Positions 63,601-64,000 of a DNA stretch of 64,000 nt are shown here, one piece after another; position 1 is the stretch's first letter, and each line of letters begins with the position of its first letter. The notes below the pieces were generated by a model. That model worked only from the letters and a program-made list of their open reading frames with translations. It had not been told where the DNA came from and did no database searches. The translations under genes and the position numbers were made by a program. Origin of the DNA: a virus (taxonomy: Duplodnaviria > Heunggongvirae > Uroviricota > Caudoviricetes); IMG/VR virus record IMGVR_UViG_3300009826_000001, positions 1-64,000 of that record; one strand, 5' to 3'.

Positions 63601-64000
63601 TCAACTCCCGTAGTTACGGGTGGAGCAGCGGGTCAGCCCGGCAAGGCCCAGGACCCGCAGCTTGGTGGCGGCTCAGGCGGCGGCGGTGCAGGGTCGAACG
63701 CGTATGGGGCCGCCGGGTCCGGTGGACTTGGTGGTAACTACGGCGGTGGTTCGGGTGGTTCTGGGAACAGCCAGTATGGGAACGGAGCGTCCACGCCCGG
63801 TGGCGGCGGCTACACGCTGCTGGAATACACACCCATCGCGCCGATCAACCGCAACGTGAGGTTCACCGGCGGTGGCCAGCTCGGCTTCAGCAAGTTCGTC
63901 GCCAGCACCTACATCGCCCGGCCGCAGTTCAACACGGCGGGTCAGCTGGGCGCAGCCGTTCTCAAGGGCGCACGCCCCTCGTTCAACGCTCAGGGCAGCC
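60623..64000 (+). CDS. giant tail fibre-like protein (3' partial; runs off window)
   Basis: ATG 60623 overlaps upstream TAA; no stop in frame to window end; same FNGEGQL repeat array and two CYVTLIGGGG...RI.R.WIP.ASLGSTYS Gly-rich modules. Confidence 0.6.

Noticed and set aside
1-64000. Integrase, attachment site, repressor, lysis cassette, CRISPR array
   Set aside because: No tyrosine- or serine-recombinase motifs, no lysin A/B-like catalytic motifs and no CRISPR-like spaced repeats were seen. The lysis and integration functions, if present, are presumably outside this window.

Overview
This 64-kb window is high-GC (about 65%) actinobacteriophage DNA, mycobacteriophage-like, and looks like most of a siphovirus genome or prophage. 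The left part (349-7771, 9197-13018) is two blocks of tightly packed small genes on the minus strand, many joined by ATGA/GTGA start-stop overlaps. The first block holds a full-length Ro60/TROVE-vWA orthologue (rsr, 6059-7771), an SPFH/band-7 membrane protein, a histidine phosphatase and several Cys/His-rich proteins. Immediately upstream of rsr (7792-8514) lies an array of six structured RNA-like repeat units. Three carry tRNA T-loop mimics (GGTTCGAATCC / GGTTCAAACCC), all share a D-loop-like xGGTTA element, and none folds as a canonical tRNA. I read them as Y-RNA-like (YrlA-type) tRNA mimics, the expected partners of a phage Ro protein. From 13083 to the end of the window a plus-strand late operon runs through small and large terminase, portal, a protease-scaffold fusion, major capsid, connector genes, major tail protein and G/G-T tail chaperones with a probable -1 frameshift. 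It continues with an unusually large 3394-aa tape measure protein carrying lytic-transglycosylase-like and NlpC/P60 motifs, then eleven tail and tail-fibre genes, several of them giant, repeat-rich and Gly-rich, the last truncated at the window edge. Inside the virion module sits a carbohydrate-modification set: a sulfotransferase-like domain fused to GT2, a β4GalT-like GT-A glycosyltransferase, and two paralogous class-I methyltransferase-like genes. There are four HNH/EndoVII homing-endonuclease genes, one flanked by 13-bp direct repeats and terminators, and a cupin gene between the terminase subunits. No integrase, repressor, lysis cassette, CRISPR array or canonical tRNA was recognised.
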